64,000 nucleotides of DNA from Thermoanaerobaculia bacterium (GCA_035996815.1 DASYJF010000134.1:34096-98095), one strand, 5' to 3'; shown: positions 47,195 to 56,336, counted from the first letter of the stretch. Numbers and translations are program-made. Notes: generated from the sequence alone by a model not told the origin.

Positions 47195-47515
47195 GACGGC
47201 GGGTTACACGGTGCGGGACGTCGCGTCCCACGGTGCGGACGTCGCGTCCCACGGTGTGTGACGTCGCGTCCCGCGGTGCGGGCGTCGCGTCCCACGGTGT
47301 GTGACGTCGCGTCCCGCGGTGCGGACGTCGCGTCCCGCGGTGTGTGACGTCGCGTCCCGCGGTGCGGGCGTCGCGTCCCGCGGTGTGTGACGGCGCGTCC
47401 CACGGTGCGGACGTCGCGTCCCGCGGTGCGGACGTCGCGTCCCGCGGTGTGTGACGTCGCATCCCGCGGTGCGGACGTCGCGTCCCACCGTGCGGAGGCC
47501 ACGTCACACGGTGCA
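47195..47515. repeat. tandem array of 13-14 direct repeats of 21/22 bp, each containing the palindrome GGGACGTCGCGTCCC; two alternating subtypes give a 43-bp higher-order period
   Basis: Units cggtgcgg(g)acgtcgcgtccc and cggtgtgtgacgtcgcgtccc alternate. No spacers, so not CRISPR. Confidence 0.9.
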
Positions 47516-47550
47516 AGGATTTAGACCCTGTGCCGCTAATTTGGACAACT

Positions 47551-47577
47551 GTGGGCACAGACACTCTTGTCTGTGCG
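47551..47577. repeat. REP-like palindromic unit (right terminal copy, inverted relative to 46948-46974)
   Basis: Reverse complement equals cgcacagacaagagtgtctgtgcccac. Confidence 0.85.
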
Positions 47578-47590
47578 GGTCCTCGCGCAG

Positions 47591-48550
47591 TCATTCCGCA
47601 CCTCGATTCGCGAGCGACCCGAGGAACATCGCCACGCACGCGAACGCCAGCGGCCATTGGTAGCGCTCGATCGGGACGCGCACGTTGCGCTGCTTCATCG
47701 TCCCGCCGGACGCCGCCAGCGAGTCGAGCGCGTGCTCACCGAACGGATTCGCGTAGAACTTCCCGCCTGTTGCCGACGCGATCTTCTGCAGCGCCTCGGG
47801 GCGCGCGTACGTCGTCACCACCTGGCCGTTGTCGTCGACCAGATCGCCGCCGCCCTCCGGCCGCGGAATCGTGCTGCCGGCCGCCGTGCCGATCAGGATC
47901 GTCGACACCGGCACGCCGCGTTGGGCGAGTTTGGCGACGGTGTCGTCGAGCCGCGTGCTCTGATCCTCGCCGTCGCTGATGACGACGATGTCGCCGCGCT
48001 GCGCGGTGTCGCCCGCCAGCCGCAGCGCGGCCATCAGCGCGACGGAGAGATCGGAGCCGGGATTCGAAACTTCGCCAGCCTGAATCGAATCGAGCAGCGC
48101 CTCGACCGCTTCGTCATCACTCGTCAGCGGCGACACGACCTCGGCGGCCGACTCGAAGACGACCAGGCCGACACGTCCTTGTTGCGCATCGATGATTCGC
48201 TTCGCGATTGCTTTCGCCGCATCGAGCCGCGACGTGCCGACGTCCTGCGCGGCCATGCTCAGTGAGACGTCGATGGCGATCACGCGATTCGATTCGCGCT
48301 GCTCGATCGGAACAATTCGAAACCCAGCCTCGGGACCAGCAAGCGCGATGACGCATCCGAGAAGTGCGATCGCTGCAAGCCACGGCCGCACGGAGCGTAG
48401 CGGATTGGCCACTCCGCGAAGCCGCTCTGAAACGAAACGGCGCGCGATACGGATTCGCTGACGCTCGCGCGCGATGAAGAAGATCAGCGCAACTGGAACG
48501 GCGAGCGCCAGCCAAAGCATCTGCGGGAAACGGAAGGAAATCGCGTTCAC
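47591..48550 (-). CDS. VWA domain protein BatB
   Basis: N-terminal TM pair plus VWA with MIDAS motif DVSLSM. Confidence 0.85.
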   Translation of the reverse strand: MNAISFRFPQMLWLALAVPVALIFFIARERQRIRIARRFVSERLRGVANPLRSVRPWLAAIALLGCVIALAGPEAGFRIVPIEQRESNRVIAIDVSLSMAAQDVGTSRLDAAKAIAKRIIDAQQGRVGLVVFESAAEVVSPLTSDDEAVEALLDSIQAGEVSNPGSDLSVALMAALRLAGDTAQRGDIVVISDGEDQSTRLDDTVAKLAQRGVPVSTILIGTAAGSTIPRPEGGGDLVDDNGQVVTTYARPEALQKIASATGGKFYANPFGEHALDSLAASGGTMKQRNVRVPIERYQWPLAFACVAMFLGSLANRGAE

Positions 48551-48587
48551 GCGAGCCTCCGCAGGCGTAGCGCCGGCGCTACGAGCC

Positions 48588-49597
48588 TCACGCTGTCACC
48601 TTCTGCCACACCGTTTCTCCCGACAACAGCGCCAGCGCCAGCGCGATCACGCCGAGCGCGAGCGGCAATCCGTACAGCTCCTCGATCTTTTCGCTTTTCG
48701 GCGCAGTCAGCCGCGTCTTCTCGAGGTGATCGATGCGGTCGAGCACATCGCTCATCGTCCGCGCGTCCGTGGCGCGGAAATACTCGCCGTTGGTCGTCTT
48801 CGCGATCGCCGCGAGCGCTTCTTCGTCGATGTCCGCGCGAACGAGTTGATACGTGGTCACGATCTCGCCGGTGAATGGGTCTTGCCGCTTGATCGGAATC
48901 GGAACCGGCCCGCGACTGCCCACGCCGATCGTGTAGATCTTGATTCCGTATCGCGCGGCCAGCTGCGCGGCAACCAGTGGATCGATCGAGCCGGCGTTGT
49001 TCACGCCGTCGGTAACGAGGATGATGATCCGGCTGCGCGTCTTCGAGGTGCGCAAGCGGTTCACCGAGGTGGCGATGGCGTGGCCGATGGCCGTGCCGTC
49101 GCCGTTCTCGCCGACCTGCGCGCGCTCCAGAATCGCGCCGGCGATATCGCGGTCGTACGTGATCGGAACACGCGTCGCGGCGCGGACTCCGAATGTCACG
49201 ATGCCGATGCGGTCGTCCTGCCGTTTGCTGATGAAATCGCCGATCAACTCCTTGGCCACGGCGAACCGATTGCGCGGCTTGAAATCCTCGGCGGCCATGC
49301 TCCCCGAGGCATCGAGAGCGACGACGATGTCGATGCCGAAACGGTCGTTGGAGGCCATCTTCGTCACGCGCTGCGGGCGAGCCAGCGCGACGATCATCGC
49401 CAGCGCCGCGATCGATTCGAGAAGGAACGGAATTCCCGCGAGCTGCGCGCGAAGACTTGGTTTTGGTGAAGTCAGCGACAACGTTGAAATCGCGAACGCG
49501 CCGAAGCGCCGCCGCCGGTCGCGGATGAGGAGCGCGATTCGCCCGATGATCGCGAGGATCAGCAGCAGCCAGAGCGGATTCGCGAAGCGGATCACGC
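48588..49597 (-). CDS. VWA domain protein BatA
   Basis: TM pair plus VWA with MIDAS motif DASGSM. GTG start. Confidence 0.85.
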
Positions 49598-50314
49598 TGC
49601 CTCCTCGGCCTGAACGGTCGGCGGCTCTGCCCACGCCGGAATCGCCAATGCCTGATTCGCGATCGCGTCGAAATCCGCCGGCGCCGCGTCCCACGGTGAA
49701 AACTTTTCGAGATCGCCCTGACGAAGGATTTGTGCGATCGGTGGGTGATCGATGCGCGCCAGCAACTCCGAGGTCGTCAACTCCGCGCCGAGGTCGGCGC
49801 GGACGGCGGCGAGGTAGGCGCGGACGATGTCGGCGAGGACCGCCCATCGCTTCAGCGCGTCGGGACGAAGAGTCCGAAGACGCCGCCGGAATTCGTCAGC
49901 AGGCGCGATCACGATGATCGGCTTCGGAACGCGGCGCTTCGCGAGCAACACCACCGCGACCCACGCCGCGGCCGCGGCCAGTGCCGCGACTCCGATGGCG
50001 ACGAACGGCAGCCGCGGCCAAGGCTCCGGGTTGGGAGGTTTCAGCGGCGCCGGCTCCAGCTTGTCGTCCGGCTTCAGCACCGAGTGAATCGGAATCATTA
50101 CGCTGACCGGACCTTCCGCCGAATGCGCGTTGACCGTGATCGTATGCGGGACGAACGTGCGGATCACGACCGAGTTGCCGTTGCGCGAAATCACTTCGTA
50201 GTCGGCGGACGGATCGACCGTCGTCGGCGACGCGAACGTGATCGTGACCGGATCGCCGATCGCCGGCCTCGGCGGCTGGAATGTCGTGATCAGCAGAAAG
50301 AGGAGGGCGCCCAT
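49592..50314 (-). CDS. DUF4381 domain protein (Bat operon member)
   Basis: Position between the DUF58 and BatA genes; single TM; Pro-rich. Confidence 0.7.
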   Translation of the reverse strand: MGALLFLLITTFQPPRPAIGDPVTITFASPTTVDPSADYEVISRNGNSVVIRTFVPHTITVNAHSAEGPVSVMIPIHSVLKPDDKLEPAPLKPPNPEPWPRLPFVAIGVAALAAAAAWVAVVLLAKRRVPKPIIVIAPADEFRRRLRTLRPDALKRWAVLADIVRAYLAAVRADLGAELTTSELLARIDHPPIAQILRQGDLEKFSPWDAAPADFDAIANQALAIPAWAEPPTVQAEEAA

Positions 50315-50318
50315 GACG

Positions 50319-51215
50319 TTATCGCCTTCTCACGGCGCGCTCGCGGAAGAAACGCAGCAGCTCCCGATCGTACGGAATGGCCGTCGAAACGTTGAGGTGA
50401 TCGACGCCGGCCGCGCGGAACCGACGCGTATTTTGCTCGCCGCGCGTCGCCGCGCGTCGCGCAACGTCCGCACGGCGCAGATCGATGAGGCGCAACGCGC
50501 CGGTCTCCGCGTCCGCGACCTGTGCCAGTCCACGCTCCGGGAATCGCTCCTCGCGCGGATCGCCGACCGTGATCGCGACTACATCGTGCCGCCGGTTCAA
50601 TCGCCGCATCGTTCGTTCAAAGTTCTGATCGAGAAAATCGCTGATGACGATGACCACCGCGCGCCGCGTGCTGACCTGCTCGAGGTAACGCGCGGCGCCT
50701 TCCAGATCGGCCACGCCTTTCGGCCCACGCATGGCCGCATAGACGGCCGCGCGGACGATGACCTGCGCGTGCATCCTCCCCCGCCGCGGCGCGATGTATC
50801 CCTGAATTTTGTTTGTGAACAACAGCAGCCCGATGCGATCCGAATTCTGTACCGCCGAAAATGCGAACACCGCGGCCAACTCCGCCGCCACGTCGCATTT
50901 GCGCCAGTCGACCGATCCGAATCCCATCGATCCCGAAACATCGATCGCCACGAGCACGGTCAGGTCGCGCTCTTCCACGAACTCCTTCACGTGCGGCGTG
51001 CCGCTGCGCGCGGTCACGTTCCAGTCGATCGTCCGCACGTCATCGCCCGGCTGATACTCACGCACCTGCGAAAATTCGATTCCTCGGCCATGAAACGCGG
51101 AGTGATAGTCGCCCGCGAATCCGGCGCGAATCAGCCGCGCCGAAAGGATTTCGAGATCGCGCACACGCCGCGTGAGCGGAGCGCGGAAGCGCGGTTTTCG
51201 GGGGCGGAAGAACAT
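50319..51215 (-). CDS. DUF58 domain protein
   Basis: DUF58 core (EFSQVREYQPGDDVRTIDW). Confidence 0.85.
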   Translation of the reverse strand: MFFRPRKPRFRAPLTRRVRDLEILSARLIRAGFAGDYHSAFHGRGIEFSQVREYQPGDDVRTIDWNVTARSGTPHVKEFVEERDLTVLVAIDVSGSMGFGSVDWRKCDVAAELAAVFAFSAVQNSDRIGLLLFTNKIQGYIAPRRGRMHAQVIVRAAVYAAMRGPKGVADLEGAARYLEQVSTRRAVVIVISDFLDQNFERTMRRLNRRHDVVAITVGDPREERFPERGLAQVADAETGALRLIDLRRADVARRAATRGEQNTRRFRAAGVDHLNVSTAIPYDRELLRFFRERAVRRR

Positions 51216-51217
51216 GG

Positions 51218-52207
51218 CTACGGAACCGCGACCGCTCCCAGGATCTGCGCGACGATCGCGTCCGCCGTCACGTTTTCGGCCGCTGCTTCGTAACTGAGCA
51301 CCAGCCGGTGCCGCAACACCTCCGGCGCGATCGCTTTCACATCCTCCGGGATCACAAACGCCCGCCCCTGAATGAACGCGTAACCCTTCGCCACATGCGC
51401 GAGCGCCAGCGTGGCGCGCGGCGAGGCGCCGAATGCGATGTGCGAAACGAGCGACGGCAGCTTGAACTCAGCCGGCCGCCGCGTGGCCGCGACGAGCTGC
51501 ACGATGTAGCGTCCAATCCGTTCGTCGACATGAACGCCGGCCGCAAGATGGGCGATCTGCTCGATGTCGGCGATGCGCAGAATGCGTCGCATCGCAATCT
51601 GCGGCGTCGTCGGATCGAGGTAGATTGCGAGCATCCGAATCTCTTCATCAGGAGTCGGATAGTCAACGCGCAGCTTCATCACAAAACGATCGACCTGCGC
51701 CTCGGGCAATGCGTACGTCCCCTCATGCTCGATCGGATTCTGCGTCGCGATGACGACGAACGGCTGCGGCAGTTTGTACGACGTATCGCCGATCGTGACT
51801 TGCCGCTCCTGCATCGCCTCCAGCAGCGCCGACTGCACCTTGGCCGGCGCGCGATTGATCTCGTCGGCCAGCACCAGGTTCGCAAAGATCGGCCCCTGCC
51901 TCGGCGTGAACACGCGATCGGCAGGATTGAAAATCAGCGTGCCGGTGATATCGGCCGGCAGCAGGTCGGGCGTGAACTGAATGCGATGAAATGACGCGTC
52001 AATCGCGCCCGCGAGCGTCTTCACGAGCAGCGTTTTGGCGAGTCCCGGAACGCCTTCGAGCAGCACATGCCCGCGAATCAGCAGCGCGATGACGAGCCGG
52101 TCGACGATCGCTTCCTGCCCGATCACCGCTCTTCCCACCTCGGCGCGCAGTTTGGCGATCACCTCATGTGCCGCGGCGATGTCGGTATTGATAGTGGCCT
52201 GGTCCAT
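51218..52207 (-). CDS. MoxR family AAA+ ATPase
   Basis: Walker A GVPGLAKT, Walker B, MoxR-specific C-terminal region. Confidence 0.9.
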   Translation of the reverse strand: MDQATINTDIAAAHEVIAKLRAEVGRAVIGQEAIVDRLVIALLIRGHVLLEGVPGLAKTLLVKTLAGAIDASFHRIQFTPDLLPADITGTLIFNPADRVFTPRQGPIFANLVLADEINRAPAKVQSALLEAMQERQVTIGDTSYKLPQPFVVIATQNPIEHEGTYALPEAQVDRFVMKLRVDYPTPDEEIRMLAIYLDPTTPQIAMRRILRIADIEQIAHLAAGVHVDERIGRYIVQLVAATRRPAEFKLPSLVSHIAFGASPRATLALAHVAKGYAFIQGRAFVIPEDVKAIAPEVLRHRLVLSYEAAAENVTADAIVAQILGAVAVP

Positions 52208-52244
52208 GGCGGCGGAGTTTATCGTGCGAACATCTGCGTCGAAC

Positions 52245-53009
52245 ATGAGCCATCCAAAGAAAAAGTGGGGCCAGCACTTTCTCCGCAATCGCGGCGCGGT
52301 GGCGCGCATTGTCGAGGCGGTTGAAGCGGCGCCGGATGACGTCGTCGTCGAGATCGGCCCCGGCGAGGGAGTGCTCACCGAGAAACTGGCCGCGCTGCCG
52401 AATGAGCTGATCGCCGTCGAGATCGATCCCGAACTGTCGGAGCGGCTGCAAAAACAGTACGGCGATCGCATCACCCTCATCAACGAGGACGCCATCGACG
52501 CGCCGTTGCCGACGCGGCCGTATCGCGCGGTCGGCAATCTCCCCTACAACGCCGGAACGCCGATTCTTCGCCGCGTCGTAGCGGACCCGAATTGCCGCCG
52601 CGCCGTCTTCATGCTGCAGAAGGAAGTCGCAGACCGCCTCGTGGCCGCGCCCGGCGATGAAGCCTACGGCTACCTCACCCTCTTCGTCCGCCTCTACGCC
52701 TCGGCGCGCATTATCCTCACGCTCGAACCGAAGTCGTTCTATCCGCCGCCGAAGGTGCGCAGCGCCGTCGTCGTGCTCGATCCCGATCCGAAGCCGTTCG
52801 CCTCGGAAACGCTCATCCATCTCATCAGCGCCTCGTTCCGGATGCGGCGCAAGAAACTGGTCAACAACTTGGCGGAGTTCGGAACGAAGGAAGCGATCGT
52901 CGCCGCAATGGAGCGCGCCGGCATCGATGCCGATATTCGCGCGGAACGGCTGTCGCTCGAGGACTTCGCGCGGCTAAGCTCCGCTCTTGCGGCGGCGAAG
53001 CCGTCGTAA
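52245..53009 (+). CDS. rsmA: 16S rRNA (adenine1518-N6/adenine1519-N6)-dimethyltransferase RsmA/KsgA
   Basis: KWGQHFL, SAM-binding VVEIGPGEG, and NLPYN motifs. Confidence 0.9.
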   Translation: MSHPKKKWGQHFLRNRGAVARIVEAVEAAPDDVVVEIGPGEGVLTEKLAALPNELIAVEIDPELSERLQKQYGDRITLINEDAIDAPLPTRPYRAVGNLPYNAGTPILRRVVADPNCRRAVFMLQKEVADRLVAAPGDEAYGYLTLFVRLYASARIILTLEPKSFYPPPKVRSAVVVLDPDPKPFASETLIHLISASFRMRRKKLVNNLAEFGTKEAIVAAMERAGIDADIRAERLSLEDFARLSSALAAAKPS

Positions 53010-53012
53010 GAA

Positions 53013-53165
53013 CCGTAGCCACGGCTTTGAGCCGTGGGTTAAGGGATCGTCGTGCAGTTGTGAGCCTGCCTCGGCGGGCGATAGAAAGCTTTCTTTCGCC
53101 CGCTAAAGCAGGCTCACAGGAATCAGACCCACCGGACACCCACGGCTCAAAGCCGTAGGCTACGA
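53013..53165. repeat. about 150-bp nested near-perfect palindrome (26-bp outer arms CGTAGCCACGGCTTTGAGCCGTGGGT, inner arms TGTGAGCCTGC, central 26-bp palindrome)
   Basis: Outer arm 53014-53039 is the reverse complement of 53138-53164. Confidence 0.8.
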
Positions 53166-53200
53166 TTCTTACGCCGGCTACGCCGACGAAACACATACTC

Positions 53201-53446
53201 ATGTCCCGCTACATCAAGAAGTTCCGATCGACGACCGCGCTCGGGCCGACCGAAGAGCGCGGCGTGCCGCTTTGGGTCGGCTACGACGTCGAAGGCGTGG
53301 ACGATGATCTGTCCGACGCTGGACTCACGAAAGCGAACGATTTGACCGACGAGGAGTTGCGCGAGCGCGGTGTCATCAGCTTCACGCGCGTGGCGGCTGG
53401 CGATCAGGCGACGTACGAGAAACTCGGGATTGCGAGGAAGGACTAA
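53201..53446 (+). CDS. hypothetical small protein (81 aa); paralog of the N-terminus of the convergent neighbour
   Basis: MSRYIKKF...WVGYDVEGV...DLTDEELRERGVISF parallels MARYIQRI...WIGWEIDGV...DLPEEDLRSRGVKEF. Typical codon usage. Confidence 0.4.
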   Translation: MSRYIKKFRSTTALGPTEERGVPLWVGYDVEGVDDDLSDAGLTKANDLTDEELRERGVISFTRVAAGDQATYEKLGIARKD

Positions 53447-53892
53447 AGCGGTCCCAAAATCCGCAGATAGCACTCGTCCTGCCCGACGAACTCCACTGCC
53501 CCGCGCGCTTCCCACGCCATGAGGCGCTCGATCACTCGCGGGTGATTGAGCTGCACCGCATCGCCGAACATGTGCATCAGCACTGCACGCGGGACAGTGT
53601 TGCTGCCTCGGCTACGCAGACGTTCCAGTCCGACCTGCAGCGCGTCGAGGCGGAACTCGACATCCTCGTCGAGCAACTTCCCTTCGTACGGCTCCTCGGA
53701 ACGCGGATTCATCTCCAGGAACGTCTCGAACGGCAGCGGACGGAACTCCTTCACGCCGCGGCTGCGCAGGTCTTCCTCCGGCAGATCGTCCGCGAGCACG
53801 AGGCCCGGAATCTCCGTCCCGACGCCATCGATCTCCCATCCGATCCAACGTTGCCTGCCGAGGAGCGTGATCCGCTGGATGTAGCGCGCCAT
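53443..53892 (-). CDS. hypothetical protein (149 aa)
   Basis: Paralogous N-terminal about 55 aa to 53201-53446; 4-bp 3' overlap. Confidence 0.5.
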   Translation of the reverse strand: MARYIQRITLLGRQRWIGWEIDGVGTEIPGLVLADDLPEEDLRSRGVKEFRPLPFETFLEMNPRSEEPYEGKLLDEDVEFRLDALQVGLERLRSRGSNTVPRAVLMHMFGDAVQLNHPRVIERLMAWEARGAVEFVGQDECYLRILGPL

Positions 53893-54017
53893 CTCTCTGT
53901 CGTTCCCTCGAAAAACGAACGCGATGATGGCATGGACGGAGCTCGATCGCCATCTGCCGCACAGAAGTTTGACGTGAGGGTGCCGAAAGTGGTGCTACGC
54001 TTTCGACCTTCCTTTCC

Positions 54018-54809
54018 ATGTTTGAGTCCGTCGCGCCCGAAGTGTTCGTACCGCGCACCCGCCGCGTTTTCTACGAGACGCTCCCGATCTCGATCGCGGT
54101 GCACGTGGTCGCCGCCGGCGCCGCGCTGGCCAGCATGATCTGGAACGTCGTGCTGCCGACGCAATCGCCGAAGATGATCGTCGCCTACAGCCTGACGCAG
54201 GTTCCCGATCCGCCGCCGCCGCCTCCCTCGCCGCCAAAAGCGGAGCCACCCAAGCCGTTCCTGACGCTGCCCAAACTCCCGTCGCCTCCGGCGCCGACGC
54301 AGATCGTGGCCCCGACGGTCATCCCCGATACCATCCCCGAGGTCGTGCCGCCACCGCCGGTGGTCCCGCCGCCGCCCGCGCCTGCCACGGTCGCCGCTCC
54401 CGCTGTTGCTGATGCAGCAGGCTCACCGAACGGAATGACCGGCGGACAGATCGGCGGCACCAGCAAGACCCTCGGCACAGCCGGCGGCATCACCTTCGGC
54501 GAGGATGGACGCGTCTACGTCGACCGCAGCGTCAAGCTGCCGCTCAAAGAGGTCGACCACGAGTTTCCGCATTATCCCGACGGGGCAAAAAAGAACCGCC
54601 TCGAGGGGACGTGCGTGGTGCGCTACACGGTCGGCAAGAACGGCCGCATCATCGACGTCGCCATCCTCAATCACGCCCCCGATCCGATGTTCGACGAAGA
54701 AACGCTGAACACGATCCGAAGCTGGCGCTACCGCCCGATGATGATGAACGGCAAGCCGGTCGAGGTCGTTCACGAAGTGGAAGTGAATTTCCAGTACATC
54801 GTTCGGTAG
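54018..54809 (+). CDS. energy transducer TonB family protein
   Basis: N-terminal TM, Pro-rich spacer, C-terminal TonB domain (YPxxA...GxVxV). Confidence 0.8.
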   Translation: MFESVAPEVFVPRTRRVFYETLPISIAVHVVAAGAALASMIWNVVLPTQSPKMIVAYSLTQVPDPPPPPPSPPKAEPPKPFLTLPKLPSPPAPTQIVAPTVIPDTIPEVVPPPPVVPPPPAPATVAAPAVADAAGSPNGMTGGQIGGTSKTLGTAGGITFGEDGRVYVDRSVKLPLKEVDHEFPHYPDGAKKNRLEGTCVVRYTVGKNGRIIDVAILNHAPDPMFDEETLNTIRSWRYRPMMMNGKPVEVVHEVEVNFQYIVR

Positions 54810-54914
54810 CCCTGCGACCGCGGGCGTCCCGCCCGCTTCACGGAGACGGCGGGCAAGATGCCCGCGTTCCCGGCGCGGCACCTCAATTGCTGATTACCTG
54901 CCGCAGACCGCGGC

Positions 54915-56285
54915 ATGGCGACGTACGACGAGAGGTTCCCCTACACCAGTGAATTGGCGATGCCGGTCATCGGGCTGGAGGCCGAGTTCAAAGTCTTCGT
55001 CGATGACGCGGAGCGCACACCCGAGGAGGTGTGGCGGACGCCGGCGGCATTCATCGACCGGCCGCTGGTGAAGCGCACGAACAAATCGCTGCAACTTCCC
55101 ACCGGCGGCGCGCTCTACTTCGATGGCGGCGTGATCGAGGTGGTGACGCCGGTGATCGAGATTGCGCCGCAGTGCACGGCTCGCGTCGTGCGCAGCCTTT
55201 GGGAGCAGATCGGATTCGTCCGCGATCAGCTCGACAAATGGGAAGCGAAGAACGGCACGCGCGTCCGACTCCAGGCGTACAGCCTTCACGTCAACATTTC
55301 GTTCGAGCTCGCGCGCGAGGAGAGAAGTCATCATCGGAATGTTCAGAAGCTGGCCATGATGCTGATCAATCTTCTTCCCGTGCCGATCATCGTGGCCGGC
55401 GCGAATCGAAAGTCGACCGGCATCGGCGTTCGTCCGCGGCGCGAGCGGATCGAGCTGACGATGGATTTCACGCCCGATCCGGGACTGATGGCGGCCATGG
55501 TGGCGCTGATCGTCGGCATCGTGCGCGAAGCGATCAGCTGGCCGTCGTATCGCGTCGAGGTGCTGCGCGAACACGGCATCCCGGCGCTGACCGGCGTGAC
55601 GCCGGGCAAGCATCCGACGCGCAACGGCTGGATCCTGCGCGATTTTCACTTCCCGCGCAGTCCGTTCACGTCCGACATCGACGACGAGTGCTGGTCGACC
55701 TCCGACCGCGCGTTGCTGTCACTGCGGCAGATCGCATACGACACGGTGATGTCCTTCCGCGATGCCATCCGCCGCGTCTCCGATCCGTTCAGCTATCGAT
55801 TGCTGCTGTCGGTGATGCGCGGCGAGACGCCGTCGCTGCTCGATCTCGACGATCGTCCTGCCGCATACGACGACGTCGGCCGCTCGACGCGGTGGGGCTC
55901 GGTGCTGCCGGAGCTGGAGAATTTCGCGGCGCTCATGCATGACGATGATGGCGCAATGTCCACTCCGAGGCGACGCAGTGCCGACGTCGACGAGAAGCTC
56001 GCGCCGCCCTGGTCGGGCGAGAAACCGGAACGCCGCGGCCGTTCGCGCCGGTCGACGGAACGACGCGGTTCACCGCCGCCCGCGCCGTCGCAACGGCTGA
56101 CCCGCTCCGCGTACGAGAAGGTCTTCCTCAAACTCGGCGAAGGCCGCCAGCTCCGCATCGGCGAAGACCTCCTCACGCCGGTGAAAGTGAAGGGTTGGTA
56201 TCACTCGATCTTTCGCGACGTACGCGGCGACGAACGGATGTTGTCGATCGATCAGTTGCTGGACTACATGGGATCGTGGGAGTGA
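54915..56285 (+). CDS. carboxylate-amine ligase superfamily protein (GCS2/YbdK- or PafA/Dop-like fold) with Arg-rich C-terminal region
   Basis: N-terminal IGLEAEFKV (cf. GIETEYG/GIELEM), GGALYFDGGVIEVVTP (cf. PafA NGARLYLDVGSHPEYATPE), SLHVNISFE (cf. HVHVG/CHENY). Confidence 0.55.
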   Translation: MATYDERFPYTSELAMPVIGLEAEFKVFVDDAERTPEEVWRTPAAFIDRPLVKRTNKSLQLPTGGALYFDGGVIEVVTPVIEIAPQCTARVVRSLWEQIGFVRDQLDKWEAKNGTRVRLQAYSLHVNISFELAREERSHHRNVQKLAMMLINLLPVPIIVAGANRKSTGIGVRPRRERIELTMDFTPDPGLMAAMVALIVGIVREAISWPSYRVEVLREHGIPALTGVTPGKHPTRNGWILRDFHFPRSPFTSDIDDECWSTSDRALLSLRQIAYDTVMSFRDAIRRVSDPFSYRLLLSVMRGETPSLLDLDDRPAAYDDVGRSTRWGSVLPELENFAALMHDDDGAMSTPRRRSADVDEKLAPPWSGEKPERRGRSRRSTERRGSPPPAPSQRLTRSAYEKVFLKLGEGRQLRIGEDLLTPVKVKGWYHSIFRDVRGDERMLSIDQLLDYMGSWE

Positions 56286-56288
56286 TGA

Positions 56289-56336
56289 AGCAGTGGATTA
56301 GTCGATTAGTAGATTAGTCGATTAGGGTGAACCGCT
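56289..56336. repeat. GATTAGT-family heptad arm directly after the stop of the ligase-like gene
   Basis: gcagtggattagtcgattagtagattagtcgattagg; near-identical to 5455-5490 after msrA. Confidence 0.8.

Noticed and set aside
47195-47515. CRISPR array interpretation of the direct-repeat block
   Set aside because: The repeats are contiguous with no unique spacers, the units are 21-22 bp (too short), and no cas genes are in the window. This is tandem satellite or iteron-like DNA, not CRISPR.
46929-47657. 242-aa ORF with repetitive RDATSAPRDATSHTAGRDVRTAG-like peptide across the tandem array
   Set aside because: The ORF exists only because the 21/22-bp units lack stop codons in that frame. The 43-bp period is not a multiple of 3, so the peptide repeat cycles through frames. 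There is no RBS and it lies antisense to the operon direction.
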